Positions 10,244 to 21,397 are shown, counted from the first letter of the stretch. The stretch: DNA of 64,000 bases from an uncultured Pseudomonadota bacterium (GCA_963770835.1 CAVYRH010000005.1:128001-192000); one strand, 5' to 3'. The notes: generated by a model from the letters alone, not told the origin. Translations and numbers: made by a program.

Positions 10244-10834
10244 ATGAAAATTACCTTTAAATCCCAATGGGCGCGTTATTTTCTTCTGCTGCTGGCGGTG
10301 GGGGTCGTGGTTTTGACGTTTCGCCTTTTTCACCGACCTCCTCAACTTGAACCTCTTCATTCCCAAAACCAGTCGCCACTCTACGAAGTGGGGGACAAAC
10401 CTATGACCATTTATACCAAGGGAATGGCTTTGGAAAACGGGAAGATGATCAATTTTGCTGCCACCATCCGCCAAAGCAAAAGCCGGGTCAACCAGATGAA
10501 ACAGGCTGTCCTGGCTTATTTGAATGGGCCCCGCGAAGGAAAGATTCAGGTTCCCGTTCCCGAGGGAACAGCCCTTAATGAGTTTTATTTTACGCCCAAT
10601 GGCACGGCCGTCGCAGACCTGTCTCTTGCCCAGGTCAAAAAGGAAAAAGTTGGCTTTTATGAGGAGGCGCTTTTTGTGAGGGGGCTTATCGACACCCTCA
10701 CCGGCAATTTTTTCGAGGTCAAGCAGGTCAAAATATTAGTGGATGGCCAGGACCAGCCCACCCTCTTCGGCCATTACGCACTTGGCACTTCGGAAGCTTC
10801 CATGTCGGTTACGGAAAGCCCGAATAAATATTAA
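10244..10834 (+). CDS. GerMN domain protein
   Basis: N-terminal TM; L.GP, P.GT.L, A..DLS, E......I.TL..NF..VKQV.ILVDG....TL.GH. Confidence 0.85.
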   Translation: MKITFKSQWARYFLLLLAVGVVVLTFRLFHRPPQLEPLHSQNQSPLYEVGDKPMTIYTKGMALENGKMINFAATIRQSKSRVNQMKQAVLAYLNGPREGKIQVPVPEGTALNEFYFTPNGTAVADLSLAQVKKEKVGFYEEALFVRGLIDTLTGNFFEVKQVKILVDGQDQPTLFGHYALGTSEASMSVTESPNKY

Positions 10835-10882
10835 ATCCGAATCATTGGGTTCTCATGTGGTAAAAAACTTCAGGATGGTTTA

Positions 10883-13546
10883 ATGGAAACTAAAAATGCC
10901 GAAAACGTATTTCCCCCCGTTTACGAGCCCAAGGCGGTGGAGAGCCGCTGGTACGAGGAATGGGAGGCTTCGGGGTTTTTTACGGCCTCTACGGCGACGG
11001 ACAAACCGGCTTTCAGCATGGTGATACCGCCTCCCAACGTCACGGGTAACCTTCACCTCGGCCACGCCCTCAATAACACCCTGCAGGATATGCTGGCGCG
11101 GTTCAAACGAATGCAAGGGTTCAACGTGATGTGGCTCCCGGGTTGTGACCACGCGGGTATTGCCACCCAAAACGTTGTGGAAAGAGAACTGAAGAAGGAA
11201 GGCAAGACCCGCTACGACCTGGGCAGGGAAGCTTTCGTTAGGCGCACTTGGGAATGGAAGGAAAAGTACGGCGCCACCATCATGCGGCAGTTGCGGAAGT
11301 TGGGCTGTTCCCTGGATTGGAGCCGCGAACGCTTTACCATGGACGAGGGCCTTTCCAAGGCTGTTCGAAAGGTCTTCATCGACCTTTACCAGGAAAAACT
11401 CATCTACCAGGACTATTATCTCATCAGCTGGTGTCCCCGTTGTCAAACCGCCCTTTCGGACATCGAAGTGGAGCACAAGACGGTACAGGGGAATTTTTAC
11501 CACATCCGCTATCCCTTCGTGCACGACCCGGGCGACGGCCTGGTAGTCGCCACCACGCGCCCCGAAACCCTCCTGGGGGACACGGCCGTGGCGGTTAATC
11601 CTGAAGACGACCGTTACGCCGGGTTGGAAGGAAAATCCTTAGATCTTCCTTTGGTCCACCGCCGCATTCCCATCATTATGGACGGATCGGTGGACAAGGA
11701 ATTCGGCACGGGCGCGGTCAAGATTACGCCCGCCCACGACTTCAATGACTTCGCAATGGGCAACCGGCATCAGCTTCCCCGCGTCAACATCCTGAATCCC
11801 GACGGCACCTTGAACGAGAACGCGGGCCCCTATAAAGGGATAACCGTTGCGACCGCGCGCAAAAAAGTCGTGGAGGACCTGGAAGCCCAGGGGTTGCTGA
11901 TCAAGGTTGAACCTCACGAGCATAATGTGGGCCATTGTTCCCGCTGTGGCACGGTGGTGGAGCCTTATTATTCCAAACAATGGTTCGTCCGCATGAAACC
12001 CCTGGCTGAGGAGGCCTTGAAGGCCGTTGAACAGGGAAAAACCCGATTCACCCCCGAGGCTTGGCGTGGTGAATTTGACAAATGGCTTAATAATATTCAC
12101 GATTGGTGCATCAGCCGTCAATTATGGTGGGGGCATCGCATTCCGGTTTATACCTGCGGTGTTTGCCAAACCCAGGTGGCGGCGGAGGAAGCGCCAAAAG
12201 CCTGCCCCCAGGGCCACGAGGGGCAGATGGAGCAAGACCCTGACGTCCTAGACACCTGGTTTTCCTCCGGCCTTTGGCCCTTTTCCACGCTCGGCTGGCC
12301 TGAAAAGACAAAGGACTTGGAGCTTTTCTACCCGACTTCGGTCCTGGTAACCTCCTGGGACATCCTCTTTTTCTGGGTGGCCCGGATGATGATGATGGGC
12401 CTCAAATTCATGGGAAAGGTCCCCTTCCACGAGGTTTACATGTATTCCCTGGTGGCCGACGCCGAGGGAAAGAAGATGAGCAAGTCCAAGGGAAACGTGG
12501 TGGACCCGCTCGACTTGATCGACCAATACGGCACCGACGCCCTGCGTTTCACACTCGCTTCCATTGAAACCAAACAGCGCTACGTCGCCCTGACGCCCCA
12601 AAAATTGGAATCCTCCCGGAATTTCGTAAACAAGCTTTATAACGCAACCCGTTTTGTCTTAATGGGGATCGCCGAAGGAGTAGAAGTAAAGACCCTTTCC
12701 AAGGAAGACTACGTCCACCTCAAACTGGAAGACCGGTGGATCCTGACCCGCCTTTCCGAAGTGGCGGGAGAGGTGACCCGGGATTATGACAAGTACCGGG
12801 TGGCCGAACTTTCCCAGACCCTTTACCGCTTTGTGTGGAATGAGTTCTGCGACTGGTACCTGGAATGCATTAAACCCCGCCTTTACACGGAAGCCGGCTC
12901 GATGGAAAAACGCCTGGCAGCTTCAGTAGTGATGACGGTGCTGGATGGCATTTTGAGGCTGCTCCATCCCGAAATGCCCTTCGTGACGGAGGAACTCTGG
13001 CATAAACTTCCAGGTCGGTCGGAGACGATTATGAAGGCCCCTTGGCCCAAATCTTCGGATTTTCCCACAAATGAAGCAGCGGTTAAAGATTTCGCCTTCC
13101 TGCAGGATATCGTGACCGCTGTGCGGACCAGCCGAAGTGAGCTATCGGTACCTCCCTCGGCCATGGTGAAGCTTTCCACCCATGGGAACGGCGTAAAGTT
13201 CGCATCCTCTTCTCCCGCGGTTTCTTTATTGAAGACACTGTGCCGCGTGAGTGAATTATCGGAAGCAGACAAGCGCCCTTTGAAGACGGCTTTGGCGGTT
13301 GTTAAAGATGGGGAATTGTACGTTCATTTGGAAGGTCTCATCGATTTGAAAGCCGAGGCCGCTAAGCAAGAGAAAGAACGGCAGAAACTGGAAAAATACG
13401 TTCAATCCATCAGTGGGAAATTAGCTAATGACCAGTTCGTCAAAAACGCCCCTGCGGAATTGGTGGAGGCGGAAAAGGCCAAATTGCAGGAAGCCAAAGA
13501 CAAGATTACCCGCATTGACCACAATTTGAAGTTCCTCGAAAGCTAA
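10883..13546 (+). CDS. valS: Valine--tRNA ligase
   Basis: [40 protein letters not shown]-terminal coiled coil FVKNAP. Confidence 0.98.
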   Translation: METKNAENVFPPVYEPKAVESRWYEEWEASGFFTASTATDKPAFSMVIPPPNVTGNLHLGHALNNTLQDMLARFKRMQGFNVMWLPGCDHAGIATQNVVERELKKEGKTRYDLGREAFVRRTWEWKEKYGATIMRQLRKLGCSLDWSRERFTMDEGLSKAVRKVFIDLYQEKLIYQDYYLISWCPRCQTALSDIEVEHKTVQGNFYHIRYPFVHDPGDGLVVATTRPETLLGDTAVAVNPEDDRYAGLEGKSLDLPLVHRRIPIIMDGSVDKEFGTGAVKITPAHDFNDFAMGNRHQLPRVNILNPDGTLNENAGPYKGITVATARKKVVEDLEAQGLLIKVEPHEHNVGHCSRCGTVVEPYYSKQWFVRMKPLAEEALKAVEQGKTRFTPEAWRGEFDKWLNNIHDWCISRQLWWGHRIPVYTCGVCQTQVAAEEAPKACPQGHEGQMEQDPDVLDTWFSSGLWPFSTLGWPEKTKDLELFYPTSVLVTSWDILFFWVARMMMMGLKFMGKVPFHEVYMYSLVADAEGKKMSKSKGNVVDPLDLIDQYGTDALRFTLASIETKQRYVALTPQKLESSRNFVNKLYNATRFVLMGIAEGVEVKTLSKEDYVHLKLEDRWILTRLSEVAGEVTRDYDKYRVAELSQTLYRFVWNEFCDWYLECIKPRLYTEAGSMEKRLAASVVMTVLDGILRLLHPEMPFVTEELWHKLPGRSETIMKAPWPKSSDFPTNEAAVKDFAFLQDIVTAVRTSRSELSVPPSAMVKLSTHGNGVKFASSSPAVSLLKTLCRVSELSEADKRPLKTALAVVKDGELYVHLEGLIDLKAEAAKQEKERQKLEKYVQSISGKLANDQFVKNAPAELVEAEKAKLQEAKDKITRIDHNLKFLES

Positions 13547-13558
13547 ACAGAAAACCGA

Positions 13559-14446
13559 ATGAATCCCCAAAGCCCTAAGACGCAGAAAACGGCCAGGAAA
13601 TCTTATAAAGAATTGGATTTCACGAAAATCAGACCCCTGTTGAAGCAAGCTCTTCTGGAAGACGGAGCCTGGTTCGACCGAACCACCTATGCCACGGTTA
13701 CGTCCCGGATTCCTGCCCAAGGGGAGGTAATCGCCAAGGGTGAAGGTGTCCTGGCCGGATTGCCGGTCATGGCCGAGACCTTCAAGCTGCTGGACCATCG
13801 GTGCCGTTTGAAAGCACTGGTCAGGGAAGGTTCCCGGGTTCGCGGGGGAATGAAAGTGGCGGAATTGAGGGGGTTCGCCCGGCCGCTTTTGAGCGGAGAA
13901 CGGGTGTCTTTAAACCTCTTAAGCCGTCTTTCGGGCATCGCAACCTTTACCCGCCGATTCGCCGACAAGATCAAAGGCCCCCGGCTCTACGATACCCGCA
14001 AAACGACCCCCCTTTGGCGCGTCCTGGAACGATACGCCGTGCGCACGGGGGGCGGCCAAAACCATCGGTTCAACCTGGCCGGTCACGTGTTGATCAAGGA
14101 CAATCATTTGAGGCTAGGGGGCGGGGTTTACGCCTGCGTCAAGGCGGCCCGAAAGCTGTATGGCAAAGGGGAATTCATTGAGGTGGAAGTCGAAAACTTC
14201 GATCAAGCCTCCGAGGCTTTGAGGGCCGGCGCGGATATCCTGCTGGTGGACAACGCTTCGCCCAAGACCTTCGATAGAATCCTCAAACTGGTTCAGGGTA
14301 AGACACAAGTGGAAGTTTCCGGTGGCCTGACCTTAAAGAACATCGGCCAATACTCCCGTCTGCCCGTAGACCGATTTTCGTCGGGCGCCCTTACGCATTC
14401 GGCTCCCTCCCTCGATTTTTCCATTGAGCTTTATCCAACTCGGTAG
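13559..14446 (+). CDS. nadC: Nicotinate-nucleotide diphosphorylase (carboxylating)
   Basis: ER..LN.L..LSGIAT.T, DTRKT.P, GGG.NHR, LIKDNH, EVEV, SGG, GALTHSA..LD.S. Confidence 0.96.
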   Translation: MNPQSPKTQKTARKSYKELDFTKIRPLLKQALLEDGAWFDRTTYATVTSRIPAQGEVIAKGEGVLAGLPVMAETFKLLDHRCRLKALVREGSRVRGGMKVAELRGFARPLLSGERVSLNLLSRLSGIATFTRRFADKIKGPRLYDTRKTTPLWRVLERYAVRTGGGQNHRFNLAGHVLIKDNHLRLGGGVYACVKAARKLYGKGEFIEVEVENFDQASEALRAGADILLVDNASPKTFDRILKLVQGKTQVEVSGGLTLKNIGQYSRLPVDRFSSGALTHSAPSLDFSIELYPTR

Positions 14447-14489
14447 CCTGCCCGCCGTGGCAAAGGGATCAAATCGAGAGACGAAGCGC

Positions 14490-14846
14490 TTACGAATTGT
14501 GTTTCAAGAATAAAGCCAGCGCCTTGGAGTCTCTTTCTTTCATAGCTAAAAACTTGAGTCCGGCGGCGGAGCCGGTGGCCCAAATAACATCCACAAAAGC
14601 CGAGAGGGGATCCACGCGGTCGGGAATTAGGACTTGAACATTCAGAATCTTGCCCACTGCCAGGCGGCCGTCCTGGGGTATGCTAAGCCCTCCCTGACTG
14701 GCGTCCCTGGTTTTGACTTCTCGATCGACTGAATTTACATTGAGGATTTTCCGCCCCTCGGTGGTTTCACCCACCAACCGGTAGAGCACCGGAAGTTTTA
14801 CCGCCGCCCTGGGATGAAGCCGTTTTTCTGGTGCCTTCTTTTTCAT
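14490..14846 (-). CDS. PilZ domain protein
   Basis: Start MKKKAPEKR after GGAGG. RxxxR (RLHPR) and DxSxxG (DASQGG); VIW...GLKF. Confidence 0.85.
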   Translation of the reverse strand: MKKKAPEKRLHPRAAVKLPVLYRLVGETTEGRKILNVNSVDREVKTRDASQGGLSIPQDGRLAVGKILNVQVLIPDRVDPLSAFVDVIWATGSAAGLKFLAMKERDSKALALFLKHNS

Positions 14847-15175
14847 TTTTACCCTCCGCTTGAAACAACAGCTCCTTACGCTATAGGCGTCATTCGCCAT
14901 CAAAAACAAGCCTCCAGTGCGTGGTTTAAAGGGATAAAAAAGAGCACCGTTTACTGGCCGATTATTTTTGTCTTCATCTCCCTCACAACGTTTTCGAGCC
15001 CTGCCGTAAATCGATATGACCGCGAGAAGCTGTGGAAGGCAATCATTGAGATTAAATCGAGCGCTGATTTTTGCAGACCGGTGTTGAAAAATTAAAAAAG
15101 AAAGTGGCACGATAAACCCCATCTCAATTCATCGGGATACCCCTGGAACCAGGCGCGCATTTGAGGGAGGGGATC

Positions 15176-15622
15176 ATGCTAATAGATCCGCAAGGCACGG
15201 CCGGAACGGCCGAAATTCTACTGGTGGACGACAATCCGACGGACGTTTTTTTCATCCAGGGGGTGCTCAAGCACAGCCGCCGCCCGGTGCGCGTCGGGGT
15301 AGTCCCTGACGCGGAAAACGCCCTGGCCCGCCTCCGCCACGAAGGACAGTATCTACACGCCGTTGATCCAAACTTAGTCCTCATCGACTTGAACCTTCCT
15401 GGCAAGAACGGGTGGGCTGTCCTGACGGAAATCAAAAATAATCCCCGTTTACGCCATATCCCGGCAGTGGTCGTCACAGGTTCGGGAACTATCGAGGACG
15501 TCTACCATTCCAAGCAATTGAGGGCGGATTATTACCTCGTCAAGCCCATGAAGATAACGGAGTTTCCCATGCTCCTCAAGACCGTGGACTGGCTTTTAGA
15601 AGGAGTCTACCGGCCTCGGTAG
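15176..15622 (+). CDS. Single-domain response regulator (Rcp1-like)
   Basis: ILLVDDNP.D, P.LVLIDLNLP.KNG..VL.EIK, IP.VV.T.S, YLVKP; GGGAGG RBS. Confidence 0.9.
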   Translation: MLIDPQGTAGTAEILLVDDNPTDVFFIQGVLKHSRRPVRVGVVPDAENALARLRHEGQYLHAVDPNLVLIDLNLPGKNGWAVLTEIKNNPRLRHIPAVVVTGSGTIEDVYHSKQLRADYYLVKPMKITEFPMLLKTVDWLLEGVYRPR

Positions 15623-15685
15623 GTAATAAGTTGGGGAAGTGTTTTTCCTGTAAATCTCCCCCATAATCCGTTATTTTCTTTTCCC

Positions 15686-16507
15686 ATGACACCTTCCTCT
15701 ACCGACCTCCTAACGCCCGCAATGATCCTGACGGGCTTGAAGACCCGCCACTTCGGCCGGAACCTACTGTGCCTCGAAAAAACCACCTCCACCAATGATG
15801 TGGTGGCCGAACTGGCCCGGCAAGGCGCGCCGGAGGGGACGGTCGTGGCCGCTGAAATGCAGAACAAGGGCCGAGGCCGCCAGGGACGCCGATGGAATTC
15901 CACGGAAGGAAAATCCCTGGCTTTTTCCATCCTTTTGCGTCCCAACCTTCATGCAGATGAATTATCCGAAATCACCTTGGCAGCGGCCGTGGCAGTCGCC
16001 AAAACCTTAGAAGATTTTCACTTCAAACCCCAAATCAAATGGCCCAATGACCTTCTGCTGGATGGAAGAAAGGTTTGCGGCATTTTGACCGAAATAGGCC
16101 CCAAAAAAGATAGAATGGCCTCCGTGGTGCTGGGGATAGGGATCAATCTCAATCAAAGTGCGCGTGATTTTCCGAAAGAACTTAGGGAAATCGCCGTCAG
16201 CCTTTACCGCATTACGGGCCGGAAAACCAATCGAGCCCGTTTTTTTCAAAAGCTGTTGCTACACCTGGAAGAAAACTACCAAAGGGTTTTGGAGCGGCAT
16301 TTTTCCAAGGTCCTGGCGGAATGGCGCAAAAAGGCCGTGACCTTGGGCCAGCAAGTGAAAGTGATCCAAGGACATCAGGTTTTTTATGGGCAAGCTGTCG
16401 ACGCCGATGAAAAGGGAGCGCTTTTGGTGAGAAACGACTTAGGGATGATCGAACGAGTCACATCGGGAGACGTTCAAGTATTGCAATTGGGAAATTCAAA
16501 GAGGTAA
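15686..16507 (+). CDS. birA: Biotin--[acetyl-CoA-carboxylase] ligase (no N-terminal HTH)
   Basis: STN, Q..GRGR.GRRW, KWPND, KVCGIL.E, GIGIN. Confidence 0.95.
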   Translation: MTPSSTDLLTPAMILTGLKTRHFGRNLLCLEKTTSTNDVVAELARQGAPEGTVVAAEMQNKGRGRQGRRWNSTEGKSLAFSILLRPNLHADELSEITLAAAVAVAKTLEDFHFKPQIKWPNDLLLDGRKVCGILTEIGPKKDRMASVVLGIGINLNQSARDFPKELREIAVSLYRITGRKTNRARFFQKLLLHLEENYQRVLERHFSKVLAEWRKKAVTLGQQVKVIQGHQVFYGQAVDADEKGALLVRNDLGMIERVTSGDVQVLQLGNSKR

Positions 16508-16509
16508 GC

Positions 16510-17259
16510 ATGATTTGGGCGGTTTTGATCGGCAATACCCGCTGTGTTTCGGCCTTGATGGAAGGAACAAAGGTCCTGAAGCGAAAAGTGATTCCCACCG
16601 ACGCTTTGCGAAAGGATGACAGCGTCCTGGCATGGGCCCGTGCCCTCCGAAAAATTTCCGCCTCCGAGAGGGTGCTCGTTGCCAGTGTTGTTCCACCCGT
16701 GGATAAAAACGTGAGAAAATCCATTCGGGCGGTTTTCGGCCATTCCCCGATATTCGTAACCGCTAAAAGTTCATTGGGCATCAAGGTCAAGGTCAAGAAG
16801 CCCGCCCAGGTCGGGGCCGACCGTCTAGCCAATGCCGTAGCCGCCAAGGAACTTTACGGTGCACCTTCCATCGTGGTGGATTTCGGCACCGGCACCACCT
16901 TTGACGTGGTGGACAAGAGCGGGGCCTATTGCGGCGGCGCGATTCTTCCCGGTGTGGGCATCTCCCTCCGGGCATTGCACGATTTCACGGCCAAGATCCC
17001 GCTGGTCCAATTCCAACCGGTGCGTTACGTCATCGGCAAGACCACCGAGGAAGCCGTCCGGTCCGGCATTTATCACGGCGCCATCGGCACGACACGCGAA
17101 CTCTTGGTGGGAATCCGAAAGGAATTGGGTGTGATGGCTCCGGCCGTGGCCACAGGTGGATGGTGCCGGGTTTTCAAGGGAACCAAGATATTTCCGCATA
17201 TTGAGCCGGACCTAACCCTCAAGGGTCTGGCCCTTATCTGGCGCAACCATAATGCGTAA
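16510..17259 (+). CDS. coaX: Type III pantothenate kinase
   Basis: IGNT, ASVVP, GADR, VDFGT.TTFD, GGAI.PG, VATGG, LTL.GL. The N-terminal 'DIGNT' Asp reads Leu here. Confidence 0.92.
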   Translation: MIWAVLIGNTRCVSALMEGTKVLKRKVIPTDALRKDDSVLAWARALRKISASERVLVASVVPPVDKNVRKSIRAVFGHSPIFVTAKSSLGIKVKVKKPAQVGADRLANAVAAKELYGAPSIVVDFGTGTTFDVVDKSGAYCGGAILPGVGISLRALHDFTAKIPLVQFQPVRYVIGKTTEEAVRSGIYHGAIGTTRELLVGIRKELGVMAPAVATGGWCRVFKGTKIFPHIEPDLTLKGLALIWRNHNA

Positions 17260-19594
17260 TATTGAGGAAATCGCCGCCGAGGAGGAGTCGCGGGCCCGGC
17301 AAGTTTTGCGGTCGCGGCTGAACTTCCTTTTCCGTTATACCGGTCTAGGTTTGTGCCTGTGGGGCTGGGTTCTTTTCGAGCGCGGCGAGATGGGGAAGGG
17401 TGCCTTACTGGTGACGGCCGCCTTCCTCCTTTGGGCCCTCGGCTGGGGCATCCTACAGGTGTTCCGTGGAACCTTTCCCTCGGTTTTTGCCGGTGTTTTT
17501 TCCTTCGCCTTCTCCTTCGGCCTCTATTTCCTCACGCGTCTGCCGTCCTTTTACTGGGGAAGCGACCCGGTCTTTTGGCTGTCGGTACACGCGGGAGCCG
17601 TTAACGAACCTGCCTGGTCCCCCTTAAGTTATCTTTTGGGGCAGGCAGTCTGTTTTCTCCTGCCCGCCCTCCAATTTTCGATCTTGCCGGTCTTGTCCGC
17701 CACGACTCTCGCGGCGGCCCTTTATTTTTTGGCCCAAGAATATTTCTACCAGTTGAAAAACAAAACCCTCCTGGGCCTCCTCTGGGTCCTGGCGGTTTGC
17801 GCGGTCCTGGCCGTCAGTGCCCCCTTTTGGGACAACGGAACCCTTGGATCGGGTTTGGTGGCTTCGTTGGGTTTCCTCTTCCTCGTCTTCCAACGGGTGC
17901 TTCTGAACCTGGAAGAAAGGCCTTGGAAGGCCCTTTATTTCATCCTTGGCTTGCTTTGGTCTGTCCATCCTCTTTGGGGCCTTTTGGGTCTTTTATGCCA
18001 CCTGGGCTCCATGGACTTGGATGGTAAAAGGTTCAAGGACAATCTTCCGCCATTGCTGGCGGGTCTCACCCCTTATTTTTGGCTCCTGTTTAGGGCGGGA
18101 CGTTTTTTTCCTTCTTGGGGGGGAGCCCACCCCTTTTCACAAATATTGGGGGCTGGATGGCCTTCCTTGAATCCGGAATTATTTCCGGACGCCATAAAGG
18201 TTTTGGGATGGACCACGGCCCTTTTGGCAGGCCTTGCGGCCTTGTCCTGGTTCCTGAATTTTTTCAAATGGAAAACGGGTTGGAAGATTCAATTTTCGGC
18301 CTTGGATTTTTGGGTTTGGATCGCCGCTGGTGTGGGATGCATTCTCTTTTACTCGCCTTCTGCCGGCGCACCAGGATTGACGTCCCTTTGGTTTCTTGCC
18401 GGTTTGGGCGGCGGCTTTCTGAAGCTCCTCGAAAAAGGGGTTGAAAAACGCCAAGGAACTTTCTTTTCGAGTGGATCCCTGGCGTGGTTAGGTTCGTTGG
18501 GGCTTGTCCTAGCCTTTGGATTGGCCTGGTTACCCGGGCAAGGGCCCTTGATACGGCAGGCTTATTTTCCGGAACAACACGCGTTGAACTTATTGAAAAG
18601 CCTGAACCCCAAGGCCCTGCTCATTTGTGAGGACCCCTTTGACGCCGCCGCCTGCCGCGAAGCACGCCTGATGGAACCAACGGCTTTAGACGCCATCCTA
18701 TTGGACGAAGGTTACCTCGACCAAAGGTGGTATGTGGCCCAGGTGATGGAAAAAGCTCATGAAATCCTTTTTTCCAATATCACCGGGCCTCCCGAGGAGG
18801 TTTTAAAAAGAATTGTTTTGGACAACCGGGATTTGTGGGATATCCATTGGGACCAATCCCAATTACCGGCGGATTGGAAAGGCCCGCCGGCAGCCCCGAC
18901 TGTCCTGACCCAAGAATTCACCGGCCCGGTAACGAACGCTTATGATCCAGAAAAGGCTCAATACCAATTCGATTTGACGGCGTTGCCGGAAGCCGGCAAG
19001 ATCCCGGGCCGCCGGAGTTTTACTTATTTTTCCCGTTATGTCACCGGGTTTGATGAATTGGGGAAGTACCTGATGAGCCAGAGCCACTATTCGGCCGCGA
19101 TCCATGCCTTTGAAAGGTCAGTCAAGCTGGACCCCACCTTCCAGGAGCCCCAAAGCTTCCTTTCCCAAATGTATTCTAAGCAGAATATCCTGGAGGCCGC
19201 CCGCCTCGAGTTTGAGAAGATTGTCAAAGCCAATCCCCAAAAAATCAGCGCACTCATGAAGCAGATGGGCGAGCTAAAGGACTCCCGGGATGAATCTAAA
19301 ACCGTGGAGTTGTTGGATGAGATGATCCATTTGAATTCCGAACTAGCCGATGGCCAATACCAGTTGTCCAAGATTTACAGTCAGCAGGGTCGTTCCTGGG
19401 AATCCAAGTCCCTTTTGGAATCATCGATTAATTTGAATCCTCAGCAGCTAGAAGCCCAAATGACCATGGGACATCTGATGGCCCGCATGGGGAACCGTAT
19501 CAAGGCCGAGGAAGCATTCCGCGCGGTTTTGGAGATAGACCCGCAAAATAAAGAGGCACAGGTTGAAATTTGGAAGCTGCTGAACAAGCCGTGA
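17252..19594 (+). CDS. Degenerate DUF2723/TMEM260-like membrane protein with C-terminal TPRs
   Basis: Many TMs aligning loosely to the downstream paralog; C-terminal TPRs (FERSVKLDP, SINLNP, VLEIDP). Confidence 0.6.
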   Translation: MRNIEEIAAEEESRARQVLRSRLNFLFRYTGLGLCLWGWVLFERGEMGKGALLVTAAFLLWALGWGILQVFRGTFPSVFAGVFSFAFSFGLYFLTRLPSFYWGSDPVFWLSVHAGAVNEPAWSPLSYLLGQAVCFLLPALQFSILPVLSATTLAAALYFLAQEYFYQLKNKTLLGLLWVLAVCAVLAVSAPFWDNGTLGSGLVASLGFLFLVFQRVLLNLEERPWKALYFILGLLWSVHPLWGLLGLLCHLGSMDLDGKRFKDNLPPLLAGLTPYFWLLFRAGRFFPSWGGAHPFSQILGAGWPSLNPELFPDAIKVLGWTTALLAGLAALSWFLNFFKWKTGWKIQFSALDFWVWIAAGVGCILFYSPSAGAPGLTSLWFLAGLGGGFLKLLEKGVEKRQGTFFSSGSLAWLGSLGLVLAFGLAWLPGQGPLIRQAYFPEQHALNLLKSLNPKALLICEDPFDAAACREARLMEPTALDAILLDEGYLDQRWYVAQVMEKAHEILFSNITGPPEEVLKRIVLDNRDLWDIHWDQSQLPADWKGPPAAPTVLTQEFTGPVTNAYDPEKAQYQFDLTALPEAGKIPGRRSFTYFSRYVTGFDELGKYLMSQSHYSAAIHAFERSVKLDPTFQEPQSFLSQMYSKQNILEAARLEFEKIVKANPQKISALMKQMGELKDSRDESKTVELLDEMIHLNSELADGQYQLSKIYSQQGRSWESKSLLESSINLNPQQLEAQMTMGHLMARMGNRIKAEEAFRAVLEIDPQNKEAQVEIWKLLNKP

Positions 19595-19654
19595 TGGAAA
19601 TTTGTTTCGTGAAACTCGGGTAGGGAATAACGCCACCCTGAGCTAAAATGATCT

Positions 19655-21397
19655 ATGCCTTCCTCCGGGAAACCCAGGATTCACGCTTCTTTTGACCCTC
19701 TATTTTGGGTTTGGCTGATTTATTTCCTCCTCCTTTGGCAAATACTCCTTTGGGCCCAAAATCCCGGTTTGATGTCGGATGACAGCGGGGAAATGGCAGC
19801 GGCAGCTTTTGGCTTGGGGTTGCCTCATCCGCCGGGATACCCGGTTTTGGGCCTGCTTGGCCATCTCATTTGCCAAATCCCACTTGGAACCATAGCTTTC
19901 CGCTTAAATCTCTCTTCCGAGTTTTTAGCCCTTTTTTCCCTTCTTTTCATCCTGGACACCTGTCGGAGGCTGAAAAGCCTCAAGCCCAAGAAGCCATCCG
20001 GCGGTACTTTACTTTCGCGAGAACTCCTTTTGGCGACCATGGGGATTGTTTTTGTCTCCTGCCGAGACGTTTTCGCGCAAGGCTTGACGGCTAAGGGTTG
20101 TGTTTACACTCTTACTCTCCTTTTCACCTCGGCGGCGGTCTGGCTTTACGTCTTCCAACAAAATCATCCGGAGGATAATCGCCCCTTGATGGGAGCCTGG
20201 TTTTTATGGGCGGTTGGATTAGCCAACCACTGGCAAACCATGATCCTCTGGGTTCCGTTTCTGCTGGTTTGGTCTCTGCAAAGAGGGAAGCGGTGGAAGA
20301 AGCGGACAACCCTGTTGGCAGCAACACTTGTTGTTCTGGGAGCCTCCTTCTACATCTACCTTCCCCTTCGAGCCCGCCTTAATTGTGAGCCTTGTTGGGG
20401 TTATCCCATCAACCTTCCCTTGTTTTATTGGGTCGTGTCCCGGCAACTCGTGGCGGGTGTTGAGCACTGGACTCAAAGCACTGTCTTCTATCATGAATCG
20501 GTCGATGAAATGGCCAAGGCTCTTTTCCTCAATTGGCTTCCGGGTTTCGCGGGTTTGAGCCTGGCTGGGATGATCCTTTTGTGGAAACAAAGCCGGAGCT
20601 TGTTTTACGGCCTTATAGCCCTTTTCGTACCGGTTTTCCTCGGCATATTCGCAATCCATGAGCAGTACAACACCTATCTCATGCCGGTCTATCTTGTATC
20701 ACTAGCCGGACTTGGAATCCTATTTGGTTTTATTGCGTTACGGCGGATTTTAGAAATGATTGACCGACCTGAAACAGCGATGCTTTTGATAGTAATGTTG
20801 TGCTTATTATCAACGTGGTGGTTGCAGCACGTCTTCCAGCTCGAGGATAAAAGCCGTTACACCCTAGCGGAAGATTTTGGGACCAATGTCCTAAAGGGAC
20901 TGCCAAGGGGAGCCATTCTCCTAGCCGACGGTGACCATTACGTCATGCCCATTTGGTACGAGCATTTCGCCAAGGGGTTGAGGCCCGACCTGGTTTTTGA
21001 GCCTTCGGTTTTTCTTTACCATGGATGGGGATGGAAACAACTAGCCGATCAGTCGGAGGATTTGAGGCCAATGGTGACTTCCTCCGACCTTTTCCAGGAC
21101 AGGCTCAACGCCCTGACCCGGGCTTATGCACGGCATCCCCTTTTTTACTCCCTGGGCCGGGAATTCATGCAACCGGCCTTGGAGAAAATGCCCGGAACCT
21201 GGCTACCTAGGGGTTTAGCTTATGCCTGGGAGTCTCGGAGGCCCACTCCAAGCGAAGTGGTAAGCCAGGCATCCCGAATTATTGCGAGTGAGAGGCTTCG
21301 GGGCCTGGAATACTTTCAGGCCGCCGGGGAACTGGACTTTTCCACCCAGCAAATCTATCGCTTTTACGCCGACCAATTAACCCTGTTTAAACAGTAA
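19655..21397 (+). CDS. DUF2723/TMEM260-like GT-C glycosyltransferase
   Basis: DDSGE...A..LG.PHPPGYP, IAFRLN, GLANH, YIYLPLRA, LP.GAIL...GD signatures. Confidence 0.85.
   Translation: MPSSGKPRIHASFDPLFWVWLIYFLLLWQILLWAQNPGLMSDDSGEMAAAAFGLGLPHPPGYPVLGLLGHLICQIPLGTIAFRLNLSSEFLALFSLLFILDTCRRLKSLKPKKPSGGTLLSRELLLATMGIVFVSCRDVFAQGLTAKGCVYTLTLLFTSAAVWLYVFQQNHPEDNRPLMGAWFLWAVGLANHWQTMILWVPFLLVWSLQRGKRWKKRTTLLAATLVVLGASFYIYLPLRARLNCEPCWGYPINLPLFYWVVSRQLVAGVEHWTQSTVFYHESVDEMAKALFLNWLPGFAGLSLAGMILLWKQSRSLFYGLIALFVPVFLGIFAIHEQYNTYLMPVYLVSLAGLGILFGFIALRRILEMIDRPETAMLLIVMLCLLSTWWLQHVFQLEDKSRYTLAEDFGTNVLKGLPRGAILLADGDHYVMPIWYEHFAKGLRPDLVFEPSVFLYHGWGWKQLADQSEDLRPMVTSSDLFQDRLNALTRAYARHPLFYSLGREFMQPALEKMPGTWLPRGLAYAWESRRPTPSEVVSQASRIIASERLRGLEYFQAAGELDFSTQQIYRFYADQLTLFKQ

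Noticed and set aside
15105..15120. TGGCAC as a sigma54 promoter
   Set aside because: No TTGC at the -12 position.
14847..15122. N-terminal extension of the PilZ ORF and the opposing 93-aa ORF
   Set aside because: A good RBS precedes ATG 14846 just before the RxxxR motif, and the extension looks like intergenic sequence. I recognised no c-di-GMP riboswitch consensus there.
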